DNA from: Isurus oxyrinchus
Taxonomy: Eukaryota
Direction: 5' to 3'
Length of the DNA: 64,000 nt
Assembly: GCA_026770705.1 (NCBI GenBank)
Contig: JANJGN010000026.1
Location: forward strand, 40,114,001 to 40,178,000
The position numbers and the translations under genes were made by a program. Numbering within the stretch: the first letter of the stretch is position 1; every line of letters begins with the position of its first letter. Shown one piece after another: positions 11,320 to 23,437 of this stretch. The notes beneath the pieces were generated by a model. That model ran no database searches, was not told the origin of the DNA, and saw only the letters and a program-made list of their open reading frames with translations.

Positions 11320-13750
11320 ACAAAAACAGAATTACCTGGAAAAACTCAGCAGGTCTGGCAGCATCGGCGGAGAAGAAAAAAGTTGACGTTTCGAGTCCTC
11401 ATGATGCTTACTCAGAACTGGGTGAATATAAGGAGAGGGGTGAAATATAAGCTGGTTTAAGGTGGGTGGGGGGGGGGGGGGGGTGAGAAGTGGGGGTGGG
11501 GGGTGGTGGTGTGGTTGTAGGGACAAGCAAGCAGTGATAGGAGCAGATAATCAAAATATGTCACAGACAAAAGAACAAAAGAGCACAAAGGTGTTGAAGG
11601 TGGTGATATTATGTAAACGAATGTGCTAATTAAGAATGGATGGTAGGGCACCAAATGTACAGCTCTAGTGGGGGTGAGGTGGAAAGAGTAGCAGGGCATA
11701 AAATATTTAAAAATAATGGAAATAGGTGGGAAAAGAAAAATCAGTATAAATTATTGGAAAAAACAAAAGGAAGGGGGAAGAAACAGAAAGGGGCTGGGGT
11801 TGGAGGAGGGAGTTCAAGATCTAAAGTTGCTGAATTCGATATTCAGTCAGGAAGGCTGTAAAGTGCCTCGTCAAAGATGCGGTGCTATTCCTCCAGTTTG
11901 TGTTAGGCTTCACTGGAACAATGCAGCAAGCCAAGGACAGACTTGTGAACAAGAGAGCAGGGTGGAGTGTTAAAATGGCAAGCGACAGGGAGGTTTGGGT
12001 CATTCTTGCGGACAGACCACAGGTGTTCTGCAAAGCAGTCGCCCAGTTTATGTTTGGTCTCTCCAATGTAGAGGAGACCACATTGGGAGCAACGAATGCA
12101 GTAGACTAAGTTGGGGGAATGCAAGTGAAATGCTGCTTCACTTGAAGTGAATGTTTGGGTCCTTGGACAGTGAGGAGAGAGGACGTGAAGCGGCAAGTGT
12201 TGCATCTTTTGCATGGGCATGGGGAGGTGCTGTAGGTGTGGGTTGAGGAGTAGGAGGTGATGGAAGAGTGGGCCAGGGTGTGCGGAAGGAACGATCCCTA
12301 TGGAATGCCGCCGGGGGGTGTGAAGGGAAGATGTGTTTGGTGGTGGCATCATGCTGGAGTTGGCGGAAATGGCGGAGGATGATCCCTTGAATGCAGAGAC
12401 TGATGGGGCGATAAGTGAGGATAAAGGGGGACCCTATCATGTTTCTGGGAGGGAGTAGAAGGCGTGAGGGCGGATGCATGGGAGATGAGCCAGACATGGT
12501 TGAGGGCCTTGTCAACGACCATGGGTGGAAAATCTCGGTTAAGGAAGAAGGAGGACATTTCAGAGGAACTGTTTTTGAAGGTAGCATCATCAGAACAAAT
12601 GCGATGGAGGCGAAGGAACTGAGAGAATGGGGTGTATTCCATACAGGAAGCGAGGTGTGAGGAGCTGTAATCGAGGTAGCTGTGGGAGTCGTTAGGCTTG
12701 TAATGGATATTGGTGGACAGTCTATCATGAGAGATTGAGACCGAGAGGTCAAGGAAGGGAAGGGAAGTGTCAGAGAAATAACCATGTGAAAATGATGGAG
12801 GCGTGGAGATTGGAAGCAAAATTAATAATTTTTTCCAAGTCCCGACGAGAGCCTGAAGCAGCACCGAAATAATCATCGATGTACCAGAGAAAGAGTTGTG
12901 AAGGGGGCCATAGTAGGACTGGAACAAGGAATGTTCCACATACCCCATAAAGAGACAGGCATAGCAGGGGCCCATGCCGGTACCCATAGCCACACCTTTT
13001 ATTTGGAGGAAGAGAGAGGAGTTAAAGGAGAAATTGTTCAGTGTGAGAACAAGTTCAGCCAGACGGAGGAGCGCAGTGGTGGATGGGGATTGTTCGGGCA
13101 TCTGTTCGAGGAAGATGCTAAGGGCCCTCAGCCCATCCTGGTGGGTGAATGGAGGTGTAGAGGGATTGGACGTCCATGGTGAAGAGGATGCGGTTGGGGC
13201 CAGGGAACTGGAAATTGTTGATGTGGCGTAAGGTGTCAGAGGAATCATGGATGTAGGTGGGAGGGGACTGCACAAGGGGAGAGAGAAGGAAGTCAAGATA
13301 ATGAGAAATGAGTTCTGTGGGGCAGAAGCAGGCAAAAGCGATCAGTCCACCGGGACAGTTCTGGTTGTGGATTTTGGGTAGGAGGTAGAAGCAGGCCATC
13401 CTAGTTTGGGCGACTATCAGGTTGGAAGCCGTGGGAGGAAGATCTCTAGCGGAGATGAGGTCAGTGACAGTCCTGGAAACAATGGCTTGATGTTCAGTGG
13501 TGAGGTCATGGTCCAGGGAGAGGTACGAGGAAGTGTTTGTGAGTTGACGCTCAGCCTCCGCGAGATGGAGGTCAGTGCGCCAGACAACAGCAACACCACC
13601 CTTGTTAGCGGGTTTGATGACAATGTTGGGGTTGGATCTGAGAGAACGGAATGCAGTAAGTTCAGAGAGGGACAAATTAGAATGGGTGAGAGGAGCAGAG
13701 AAATTGAGACAACTCACTTGAGATATGATACCCTTTGACCCTGCCAATGT
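11320..13750 (-). mobile_element. Penelope-like retroelement (RT + GIY-YIG endonuclease), 5'-truncated, frameshifted
   Basis: ORF pieces IVIKPANKGG, FYLLPKIHN, LFTMDVQSLYTSI, QIKGVAMGTGMGPCYACLFMG, SLPFLDLSV, HYKPNDSHSYLDYSS, then NLVYCIRCSQCGLLYIGET...FAEH (GIY-YIG). Degenerate hammerhead motif at 11381-11419. Confidence 0.92.
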
Positions 13751-16079
13751 CAAGGTATCATGAAAAGATATCCCTTACTGCCAGTATCCAAGACATTCTC
13801 GACTGCCTTCCCTCCAGTTCGAAACCGACTCTCGGATCTCTTTCAAATTCATCTGCAGTTATTATCTCAACACCAGCAGGTCTGCATGTTTTCCATTCTA
13901 CCTTCTTACTGTTCAATTATTAAGGCAATTTTACATTTTGTTCCAGCCATATCAATTGTTTGTTTCCTAACCCCACCCCCCCCCCCCCACCCCCACCCCC
14001 ACCCCCACCAGCATTCCCCACCCCCGCCTCTCTCGGCTGGGTAGATCCATTCATCGGCAGCAATAACACTGGTGTCTCCCTTGAATTCGGTAGTCCTGAG
14101 TGCCTTCAAAGATTAACTTTCTGACTCACTGCTCAGACCAGTTACCTTCCTCTAAAAAGTTAGGCGTGGATCCACTTTGTCTGCCCAGATTTCAACACAG
14201 AGGCGCAGTGGGTGAAGGCTGATTTCGGGCAGATCGCAAGGACCTGACCACGCCACCAAACTAAATTGTCACCAATCGCTTTTGACTTTGCAAACTGCAA
14301 CCAGCCCAAATATCGGACGTGTCGGAGAGAAACATGTCAGCCACCTGGTTAGATGCCAGAGAGTAAATAAATAGGAGGCTGCCACATTAGCCGATCTCTG
14401 CAAAATAAAAACATAAAAAAGTGAATTGATCAACGATAATAAAAAAGATTTTCCAGACAACTGTTCTTGCTGGAATTTTGGTACCGATTTGCAGGGCGAC
14501 GGGGGAAAGGCAGTGATACTGGCTTAGCTGCTCTCACAGAGGGTCGGCACAGATAAGATGGGACGAATGGTCTTCTTCTCCATCATTTTTTGATTCTAAC
14601 CACGATCTTGAAGTATGACGTATCCAACTGGGAAATTCACTTGTTATCTTTATGTGACTATTCTGGCTTAAGAAGACTGGGTTGGCAAATAAAGCCATTG
14701 AAAATTTTGCATGTTTACCTTGCATTAAGACAGGTCCATGGTGAAGGCCGGATACCCCGAGTTGAATTCTCAATGTATTTTCAAAGTACATCAATCACAG
14801 TCAGCAGTCTATCTCTGTTTCTACTTCAACAGCAGCTCTTCCTTAATGATCCTCAGAAAGTCATATCGACGGATTAAAATCTGACACTATTCACTGGGCA
14901 AGGCAAGTGGGTGAAAGGTGTGGAAGATGGTGAAAAGAATGTTAAAATATGAAGGAAAGATACAACTGAGTTCGGATTTCTGAAGAGGAGGAAATGGATA
15001 TTTAAAAAAAAGGGTGAATACAACCTGAGATGATATCCCTGAAGACGGAGAAAGGGATATGAAAATATGAAGGAAAGATGTGATGAGATGTGATTTCTGA
15101 AGCCATTCACTATATCGAGGGTGGGGATCGATGATAAAGGAGTGAAGGACAATTCAAACCCCTTTTATTTTGCTTCTCTCTGCACCACATCTTTTTCTAA
15201 CCTGATTGAGAATTGTAAGGACAGTTTTTCATGCACTTTGTGTGTTAAGTTCTTGTTAATGAGTATTCCCCCTGCACCTCACCCTGGGAGCTTTGACCCG
15301 CCTGGAGCTTTCTGTCCTCTGTAACTGGCTGCACAGAGTCGATTTGACACAATCTATTTTCTCTCTATTTGCAAACCCGAAGTCTGAAAGTTATGGCTGT
15401 TTAAATATATCCTTACTTGCACAAGGATGGGCAGAATCCACCACTGAGTTTCAAACAAAATTTTAAATAAACTACAGCAGGGGTCAGTGCTCGAAATGTT
15501 GTATAAATTAGAGGTAGAGCTGTTTTTTTTATTTATTCACGGGATGTGGGCTTCGCTGGCTGGGTCAGCATTTATTATCCACCCCTAGTTGCCCTTGAGA
15601 AGGTAGTGCTAAATTGCCTTCTTGAACTGCTGCAGTCCACGTGGTGTAGGCACACCCACAGTGCTGTTAGGAAGGATTTCCAGAATTTTGACCCAGCCAC
15701 AGGTGAAGGAACAGCGATATATTTCCAATTCTGGATGGTAAGTGACTGGGAGGGGAACTTCCAGGTGGTGGTGTTCCCATGTATTTGATGTCCTAGTCCT
15801 TCTAGATGGTAGTGGTCGTGGGTTTGGAAGTTGCTATCGAAAGAGCCTTGGTGAATTCCTCTAGATTTGTATCTCTAGGTTTGTTCAATTACTTGTTCAG
15901 TAACAATAAATGTCACCCTTATAATATCACGGATCTCAAAAGCACTGAGGCAAAACACAGAATCGTCCTTAGCTCAATAATTAACTGATGCTTGAGGGAA
16001 ATCTCAGTGGAGTCACTGTTCTGACTGTCCTTCTGGTCAGGTCAGCTTTCTGTTTCCTGGTTACAATAATAAGCCACGG

Positions 16080-16450
16080 TTCGCCGGTATCTAAAGCTGA
16101 ACCTATCCCCCAAAAGGACACTAAATATCACCCAGCTCTGGGTATTTAAATTCACTGGCACGCAGAACACCACCCTCGGTCTCTAAAGCTGAGCTATTTC
16201 CCCTATAAACACACTGACCGTGGTCCACCTCAGGGTGTTTACATTCACTGACAGCCAGAGCATCGCCCTTGGTCTCTAAAGCTGAATCATTCCCCCTATA
16301 GGGACCCTGACCGTATTCAAGCTCTGGGTGTTTATAGTCTCTGACAGCCAGAACACCACCCTTGGTCCCTAAAGCTGAGCAATTCCCCCCATAAAGACTC
16401 TTACCATAGACCAGGTCGGTGTCTTTACATTCAGTGAGGACCAACTCGCC
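16080..16450. repeat. ~93-bp tandem repeat (about 4 units) upstream of V 16594
   Basis: CTAAAGCTGA recurs at ~16091, 16183, 16276, 16369. Confidence 0.85.
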
Positions 16451-16593
16451 ACCTACCACTCTCACAGAACGACTGAGGACCGAAGGAAGTGAGATGAGAA
16501 CATCCTGAGACACGAAAGCAGTTTATTGAGGTTTGGGTTTAAAACGGCTGTCGTCAAATATCCAACTCCCCTTTCACAGAACGGACAGTGACA

Positions 16594-17055
16594 ATGCGGC
16601 TGCTCAGCACCTGGGTTGTGTGGGGACCATTTCTGACAGGTATTTGTGGAAGACACATATTTCGTCTCTATTTTTCTAATTTCCCACACACCTTTTAAAT
16701 GGTCTGATTTTTGTTTTCTGTTTCAGTATGTTGTTCAGATCAAATTCATGGAAATTCTGCACGAGCCGCTGTCCTCAGGTGCCAGGGCAGAAGGAGAAGC
16801 GGTGACTTTAACCTGCAGCTATCCTACGACACAAAGCAGCTATTGGCTATACTGGTGCAAGCAACATCTAGGCGCCCAGCTCCAGTTTTTATTGCTGAAA
16901 TCTACGAACTGTGAATCTCTTAAGAAAAAACAGATTTTGCCCAAATCCGTGTCTCAGTGAAACTCCAGACCTCCACGAAATTCACTAGTTTAACCATCTC
17001 GGCTCTGCAGCTGCCTGACGCTGCCTTGTATTGCTGCTCTCTCAGACTCATAGCG
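16594..17055 (+). pseudogene. TCR V pseudogene, paralog of intact V 32356-32820
   Basis: Leader MRLLSTWVVWGPFLT|GTATTT (16594-16639); exon from 16739 with EGEAVTLTCSYPTTQSSYWLYWCKQHLGAQLQF, frameshifts, SLTISALQLPDAALYCCSL; degenerate heptamer CATAGCG. Confidence 0.88.
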
Positions 17056-17269
17056 AAGAAAAACAGTCTCACACCTGTGTATAAAACTCTCTTTGAGTTG
17101 TGACTCAGAGCTCCTGTCTATTTGGGTTTATGTGTAGAATCTCGGGCAGATGCAACCACAATGTTCAGCGATGCTGTCAGCCGCTCAAGCACACATCGAA
17201 AGGAAACCACATTCACCTCGCATCAAACTGTCACCCAACAGTTTCCAGCAGTGACCGAGAGAACAATCT

Positions 17270-18057
17270 GCAGATTGAGGATTTCTGCTGAGTAACAGAA
17301 TCTCCATCGCTCAGATCTGGAACACACGGTTAAAGGAAGCAGAATTTAGCGATTAAAAACTCAACTGAAATGAACTAACAGTGAAATTTCGCAAACAATG
17401 CTACATAAAATGTTATACAATCTACAACACCGAAAATTACACCTTACTCAATATTTCGATGTTTACACTTCCAACGACCCTATCCCTCTTTATCTCACTC
17501 ACTCAGCATATCCTCCTATTCCATTCACCTTCCTTGTCCCTTTAAATGCATCAGTTCGCCTTATCCCCTGCTGGTGATAGTGATTTACATATTCCATCCC
17601 ATCTCTGGATAAATAAATTTCTCATGAGCTCCATGTCGGATCTTTTAATCATTCATAAATATATCCCACAGTTTTGAATTAAGTACAAGTGGAAACATTT
17701 CCATGTCTGCCCCTTCATTATCATTAAAACAATTCTGTTTGGTTACCCCTCTTTCTTCTCTTTACCATAGGAAAGAAGGCCAGTCTGTGCAGCGTTTTCT
17801 TCACCTCTCAAATCTGGCATCATCGCTGTAATGCCTTGTTGCATTGTGTCTATGCCGCTTTATATTCCTCTTGTAAGAAAGAGGCCAGAATTGCTCACAA
17901 TAGGTCATGTGTGCTCTAACCAAGACCTGCTGCATTTTTAACATGAACAGTCTTATTTTTAAATTCATTCCTCAGAAAATTAAGCCCTTTTAAAGATGCT
18001 AAACTTCTTACAGATAGTGAATGTCAACCAGGTGACAGCGAGAACGAAGACCCACAT
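17270..18057 (-). pseudogene. Truncated V: leader plus first ~50 nt of V exon, paralog of V 2037-3077
   Basis: Leader MWVFVLAVTWLTFTI|GTAAG (18057-18012); acceptor then LSDGDSVTQQKSS, ending near 17270. Confidence 0.85.
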
Positions 18058-18818
18058 TGCTGCTGCTCCCGGAATTCAAGGGAGTTTTTGTCTCTCAGAA
18101 TCCTGCAGAGTATGGAACCAGAATAATCTGACAGCATTGGCTGAGACTGGTCTGGTGTCACGTCCTGCAGAACATACGATGATGAAGATGAGATCACTGG
18201 ATCTGATTGGCCTCATGTCATTTCGGTAACCACATTGGGAAAGTTCTTATTACAGAGAACTGAGGCATTAACGTCGCATTCGGCTGATCAGAGAGAAAGA
18301 TGGATAAGTATACACAGCTTGATCTCTAATTGATCTGAGAGATAGTGTGAACTTCAATGAGCTGGTATGCAGGTCTTCTCAAAGAAAGAAATACAGGGTG
18401 TGAACGTCGATGGAGATTTTCAGTTATTTCACTCGTTATCACAACTTAGATTGAGCTTGTTGACTGTGATGAAGTCGGATTTGATCGACATTCTACTGTG
18501 TTCACACAACGAGTAGATCTTAACTTGTAATTCTGTGTTAGTGGCACACTGAAGAGAGGGTGAAAATTCCCGGACAATGAATAGGATAAACTTCCTATGT
18601 ATCAGACATTATCGGGCCAGGTTACCAAAAAAACCTGCACAAGGTTTCTCCTGCTGAATTAATAGAGTGAATAAATGCTTATCCGACTCACCTACTCAGA
18701 GTTTATGGGAGTTGTCTTGAGGCCACATTGTCTGTTGGCTTTACTTGGAGAAAAACTTGCATTCCCTATATATCACCAAACAGTCTGCTACTCAATTCAC
18801 TTAGAAATATTGCGGCAG

Positions 18819-18857
18819 TGTTTTTGTAGGAGTCTTCCCCTGGTTCCTGTCACTGTG
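18819..18857 (-). other. 23-RSS of V 18858-19360
   Basis: CACAGTG + 23 bp + ACAAAAACA. Confidence 0.93.
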
Positions 18858-19360
18858 TCTTTCAGCCCGCAGTAATACACCGCGCTGTCAGACAGCCGCA
18901 GGTCACGGATGGTGAAATTCCCCTCACTTTTGGAAGTGTCGAGAGATGCAGAAAATCGAGCCCCCACGCCCTCTGCTCTGAAAATATTTCCGTATTTCGG
19001 GATGTAGATCAAGAATGTAGGGGCCTTACCCCGGTCATGACGGTACAGCTGTAAGTAAGGTGCATCAGTAGTGGTCGAATAGCTGTAATGAATGGTCACC
19101 GAGTCTCCTTCAAATTGCATCGCTGTATCTGGTTCCTGTGAGACCGAGCCTGCACCACTAACACCTGCAGCAATTAAAAATAAAGAGCTTTAAGGTTTTA
19201 TTACTTCAGCCCAGTTTATCATGTTGAGTGAGGGATTCTGAATAGAAATAAAACTGAATTGAAACAATGATACCTGCAATAGGAAGATTGTGTAACGTGC
19301 GGACTTACCGGGTAAGAGAGCTGCAGCTGTGAGAAAAGAATAGTAGGTAAAACCCAACAT
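18858..19360 (-). CDS. Open-frame TCR V segment lacking canonical first Cys and core Trp (leader 19360-19309, V exon 19164-18858)
   Basis: MLGFTYYSFLTAAALLP|GTAAG ... CTGCAG|GVSGAGSVSQEPDTAMQFEGDSVTIHYSYSTTTDAPYLQLYRHDRGKAPTFLIYIPKYGNIFRAEGVGARFSASLDTSKSEGNFTIRDLRLSDSAVYYCGLK; no stops. Confidence 0.88.
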
Positions 19361-19912
19361 ATTTCCAGCGAGCTGATGACGGATTGAAACAGAACGGGTT
19401 GAATCTGTCACTGCTTCAGTGAAGGGTTGGGAAATTTTCATTTATATCCAGTCTCTTCAGCCATTGGTTAATTCCTGAAAGTCTCCACAAGTGACGTCCA
19501 ATCAGCTTCACGATATATTGTTCTCCAACGGATTGCGTCAGCAAATAATGATGCAGCAAATCAGCGAAGCCGTTTTCGCCTCCAAGGGGGCTGAACCAAG
19601 GATTCAACTGAATGTTGGGTCTCTAGCAGAGTCAGTGTGTGACGTGGTGACAGTGAGGGAGAATAGTTAATGATGTCCTTAATGTTGTCCACCAATGCCG
19701 GAGGCTCGTATTAAAAGAGTTGCTCACTGACCGTAGGAACCGCGCACATCTGATATTAAGAGGAATACTAAACAGAATGACAATAATAGAGTCTGCAACA
19801 GAGACATGTGCCATTTCGCCAAACTAGTCTTTAGTTTGGTTTCTGTTCAGCTACCAGCTAACAATTCAGTTCCCAAAATTGATTCAGTGAGAGGAAGTGA
19901 GAGTCCTTTGCC

Positions 19913-20379
19913 GGTTTTTGTTCGGCCTGACAGCGCCTCTGTAACAGTGAGGCTCAGTGCACGGTAATGCACGGCAGTCAGGGACTAGAGATCAGGGAAC
20001 TGTTGAGAGAGCATGTTTTGTTTTTACTTTATCCAAAACAGCGGAGAACCAGTCGAGGAAATCTAGAGCCTTCACCCCCTGACCCTTGCCGATCTCTTCA
20101 GTAAACATCGCGGATCTCCCCAGGGATATTGAATGTACCAGTAGAGATAGGAATAGCTACAGGACGTGGAGTACCTGAACTTAATATCAGAGTCTGTCCT
20201 TCTTGAACCGTTAGTTTAGGCGGTTCCTTAGGCATTAAATCTCGGTCACTCGTTCCTGTAACAAAAAGTGTCAGAATTCTGCGAGTAAATATAACCATTG
20301 GAACACAAACTCGTCGTTTAAACATAGACTCACCAGGCAGCACGACTATTATTAAAAGCAGGAAATATGGTTTAAACAA
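19913..20379 (-). pseudogene. TCR V pseudogene
   Basis: Leader without ATG (FKPYFLLLIIVVLP|GTGAGT); KEPPKLTVQEGQTLIL, frameshifted YLYWYIQYP; perfect nonamer ACAAAAACC at 19921-19913 with degenerate heptamer. Confidence 0.8.
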
Positions 20380-20639
20380 TGCTAGAGAATAACAGATTGT
20401 TCAGTATGTTGACTCTTCCGACCTGATATCAAAGAGTAAATTCAGAGAAGGTGTTTATTCCACTCATTCTGAGAATGCGGGGCTTTTCTCTTTCATAGGA
20501 TTGGCTGCTCTCTTAGAGCTGCCTACAAATGAATGCCAACCGCTGCTAGTTGCTGGCCAATTATTGCTGCCTCTAGTCCAACCATTTTCTTGTCTAGCTG
20601 TGTGAGTGAGACTCTCTGACTGCCCGTTTGACTCTCCCT

Positions 20640-20777
20640 CTGTCTGTCTCTATCGATGGCTCGACATCAGTCCATCTCTTTAACTTTGCCTCTGTCTTTC
20701 TTTGACTTTATACTTGCAGCTCTCTCTCTCTCCCTTCCTTCCGCTCTACACGCCACCACCCACCCCCCCCACCCCGC

Positions 20778-20811
<34 letters not shown>

Positions 20812-20990
20812 CACACCTGGTCTCTCTCTTTGTCTCTGACACGGGCTTTCTGTTTATCTCTACCGGTCTCCCGTTTTCTCTCACTCCCTGTCTCTGTGTT
20901 TCTGGTGTGCTGTCACTCACTTTGTCTCACCAGGTTCCTTTCTCTCTCCTTCTCTCACGGTATATTTCTTCCAATGTTTCTCCTTTCATC
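20640..20990. repeat. (CT)n / (CA)n low-complexity tract
   Basis: CA microsatellite ~20778-20816 within CT-rich sequence. Confidence 0.85.
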
Positions 20991-21067
20991 TCCGCCTCAC
21001 TCAATCTTTAAAACATCGACTGAATTCTTTACATCTCATCCAAAAATTCACTCGTACAGAAATTGAC

Positions 21068-21470
21068 TGTGACATTCATTCAGAAATCTGCAGGTCTCTG
21101 CTAACACTGCGGCTTGAAATATCCCAATTTGACCCTTACGTAAAATGATTGAGAAATTTCATTTTTCCTGAGACTGAAAGCAGTGATTACAGATGGAGAA
21201 CGCCGATCGGGTCAGGATGTATTTCCCCTTTTACTTTCTATGTAAATTCCCGGGCACTCTTTTGATCCCACTCCTGGTTTTGGCTGGGACACTGAATCCC
21301 CGTTACTGATCTCTGATAATAAACAGGCAGCACACGCTGGGTTTGGCGAAACAACACCCGGGGTGGAATTGGGAAATTTTAGAACGATGGGAGGATATTG
21401 TAGGAAGGTCCCAATATCACTGACCGGTGATGAGGAATTTGATTGAAGCCAGGCAAAGTTTCACCTCCAT
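21068..21470 (-). pseudogene. Degenerate TCR V relic
   Basis: 46-nt leader MEVKLCLASIKFLIT/G|GTCAGT (21470-21425); acceptor then EISNGDSVSQPKP; later DLQIS-like; heptamer-like CACAGTC near 21070. Confidence 0.6.
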
Positions 21471-22139
21471 TGTTCCAGTCTGCACTCAAGAATCAAAACT
21501 TTTGATCGCTAGGGAATAGAAACTAAAACATCGTGGAGATCCGAGCGGGTCAGCTGGGATGTCTGCCCCATTTGTATTTCTCTGAACAAGCACTTCCTGC
21601 AGCTGGGGTTCATGATCACCATCATTTACAAGTGATCAGAGAGCGCCCTCTGGTGGACAACACAAACCTCACCTGGAAATCTGCCCAGATGCAGACAGAT
21701 AAACAGACATTTGCAGAGATGTGTACACAAGCAGATAGCCACAGTCGATCACCACACAAGAGGTTGTCGTTTTTCTATTTTAGTCAAATTGCAGAAACCA
21801 CTGAAGCGCAATTTGATTCACATCATCACTAGAGACCCATTCGTCATTTTTGATCCAGGGTAATCCAGAGACCCAGAGTAATGCCTTGGGTTCGAATCCC
21901 GCCACGGCAGGTGTTGGAATTTTAATGCAATAAAAATCTGGAATTAAAAGTCTGATGATGGCAATGAATCACTTGTTGATTGTTGTAATAACCCATCTGG
22001 TCCACTAAAGCCTTTTAGGTAAGGAAATCTGTCGTTCTTACCTGGTCTGGTCTACATGTGACTCCAGATCCACAGCCATGTGGTTGACTCAAATGCCCCC
22101 TGAGATGGCCGAGCAAGCCATTTAGTTATGAACAAGGTA

Positions 22140-23095
22140 ACAAAGTCACAATAAAAGGAATGAAACCAGACGAACCTCCCAGCATCGACTTAAACACCAG
22201 AAACAACAACACAAACTCGGTCCTGTCAACCCTGCAAAAACCTCCTTATTGATATATCGGGTCCGTGCCAAAATTGGGAGAGCTGTCTCAAGGTCTTGTC
22301 AAGCATCACCTGACATAGGCTGATCATCCGCATGGAATCATACCTTGCAGATAATGTCCCAGACACCAAAACTACTGGCAGGAAAGGCCCAGCAGAGGTG
22401 GGGGCACAGTTGTATACAGTCGAGAGTTACCCTGGGAACCCTTAGCATTGACTCCGGGACACATGAAGTCTCGTGGCATCAGTTTAATCATGAGCCAAGG
22501 AAACATCCTGTTGATTACCATGTACCACTCTCCCTCAGATGATGAATCAGTACTCCTCCATGTTGAACACCACTTGGAGGAAGCACCGGAGGGTGGCAAG
22601 GGCACAGAATGTACTCTGGGTGAAGTACGTCAATGTCCATCACCAAGAATGGCTCGGTAGCACTACTACTGAATGCGCTGGACGAGTCCTAAATGATGTA
22701 GCATCTAGACTGGGTCTGCAGCAGGTGGTGAGGGAACCAACAGGAGGGAAAAACTTTCTTGACCTCATCCTCACCAATCTGCCTGCTGCAGATGCATGTG
22801 TCCATGACAGTATTGGTAAGAGTGACCACCTCACAGTCATTGTGGAGACGAAGTCCCGCCTTTACATTGAGGATACCATCCATCGTGTTGTGTAACACTA
22901 CCACCGTGAACAGATCTTGCAACTCAAGACAGAGCATCCATGAGGCTAAGTGGGCTATCAGCTGGAGCAGAATTGTACTCAAAAACAATTTGTAACCCCA
23001 CGGCCCCGTATATCCCCCAATCTACCAGTATCATCAAGCCAAGGATCAACCCTGGTTCAATGAAGAGGGAGGACATACCAGGAGCAGCACCAGGC
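22140..23095 (+). mobile_element. Non-LTR retrotransposon 5' fragment (APE endonuclease domain)
   Basis: Frameshifted HEVSWHQ, ILLITMYHSPS, NVHHQEWLGSTTTE, LQQVVREPTGGKNFLDLILTNLP, GKSDHLTV; preceded by a tRNA B-box-like GGTTCGAATCC near 21889. Confidence 0.8.
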
Positions 23096-23249
23096 TGCCC
23101 TATGTAGATAGATAGATAGAGAGATAGATAGATCAGTTTATATTGCCTAAATCCACGGGCACTTCATTTAATTCTGCTTCCAATATCATTAAGTTGATTT
23201 TATTGTTGTTTTGGCAGTTGCTCTTTGTCACTCGGATATATTTCAGATA

Positions 23250-23437
23250 TCGATATATCGGAGGGCTTTCAGGCCAGAAATTTGGTTCTTGTCCTGACCA
23301 TTCCTCAGTCAAGCTCCCGAGTGTCTTACCTTCACATGTTGAGACAAAAGAATTGAGGGAAGATTTAAAGTATCTGAGGACCGTGAGAAAGTCTCCACCA
23401 CTCTCACTGTTAACACGGTTCAGCTGTCAGACTCTGT
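23250..23437 (+). pseudogene. V relic (FR2-FR3) cut off by an assembly gap
   Basis: IWF...SQAPECL...*DKRIEGRFKVSEDREKVSTTLTVNTVQLSDS directly before the N-run at 23438. Confidence 0.6.

Noticed and set aside
16121-16513. 130-aa repetitive ORF
   Set aside because: By-product of a 93-bp (31-codon) tandem repeat, antisense to a V promoter region; no splice or domain evidence.
21885-21905. tRNA B-box-like GGTTCGAATCC
   Set aside because: Part of a SINE/LINE head; no cloverleaf evident.
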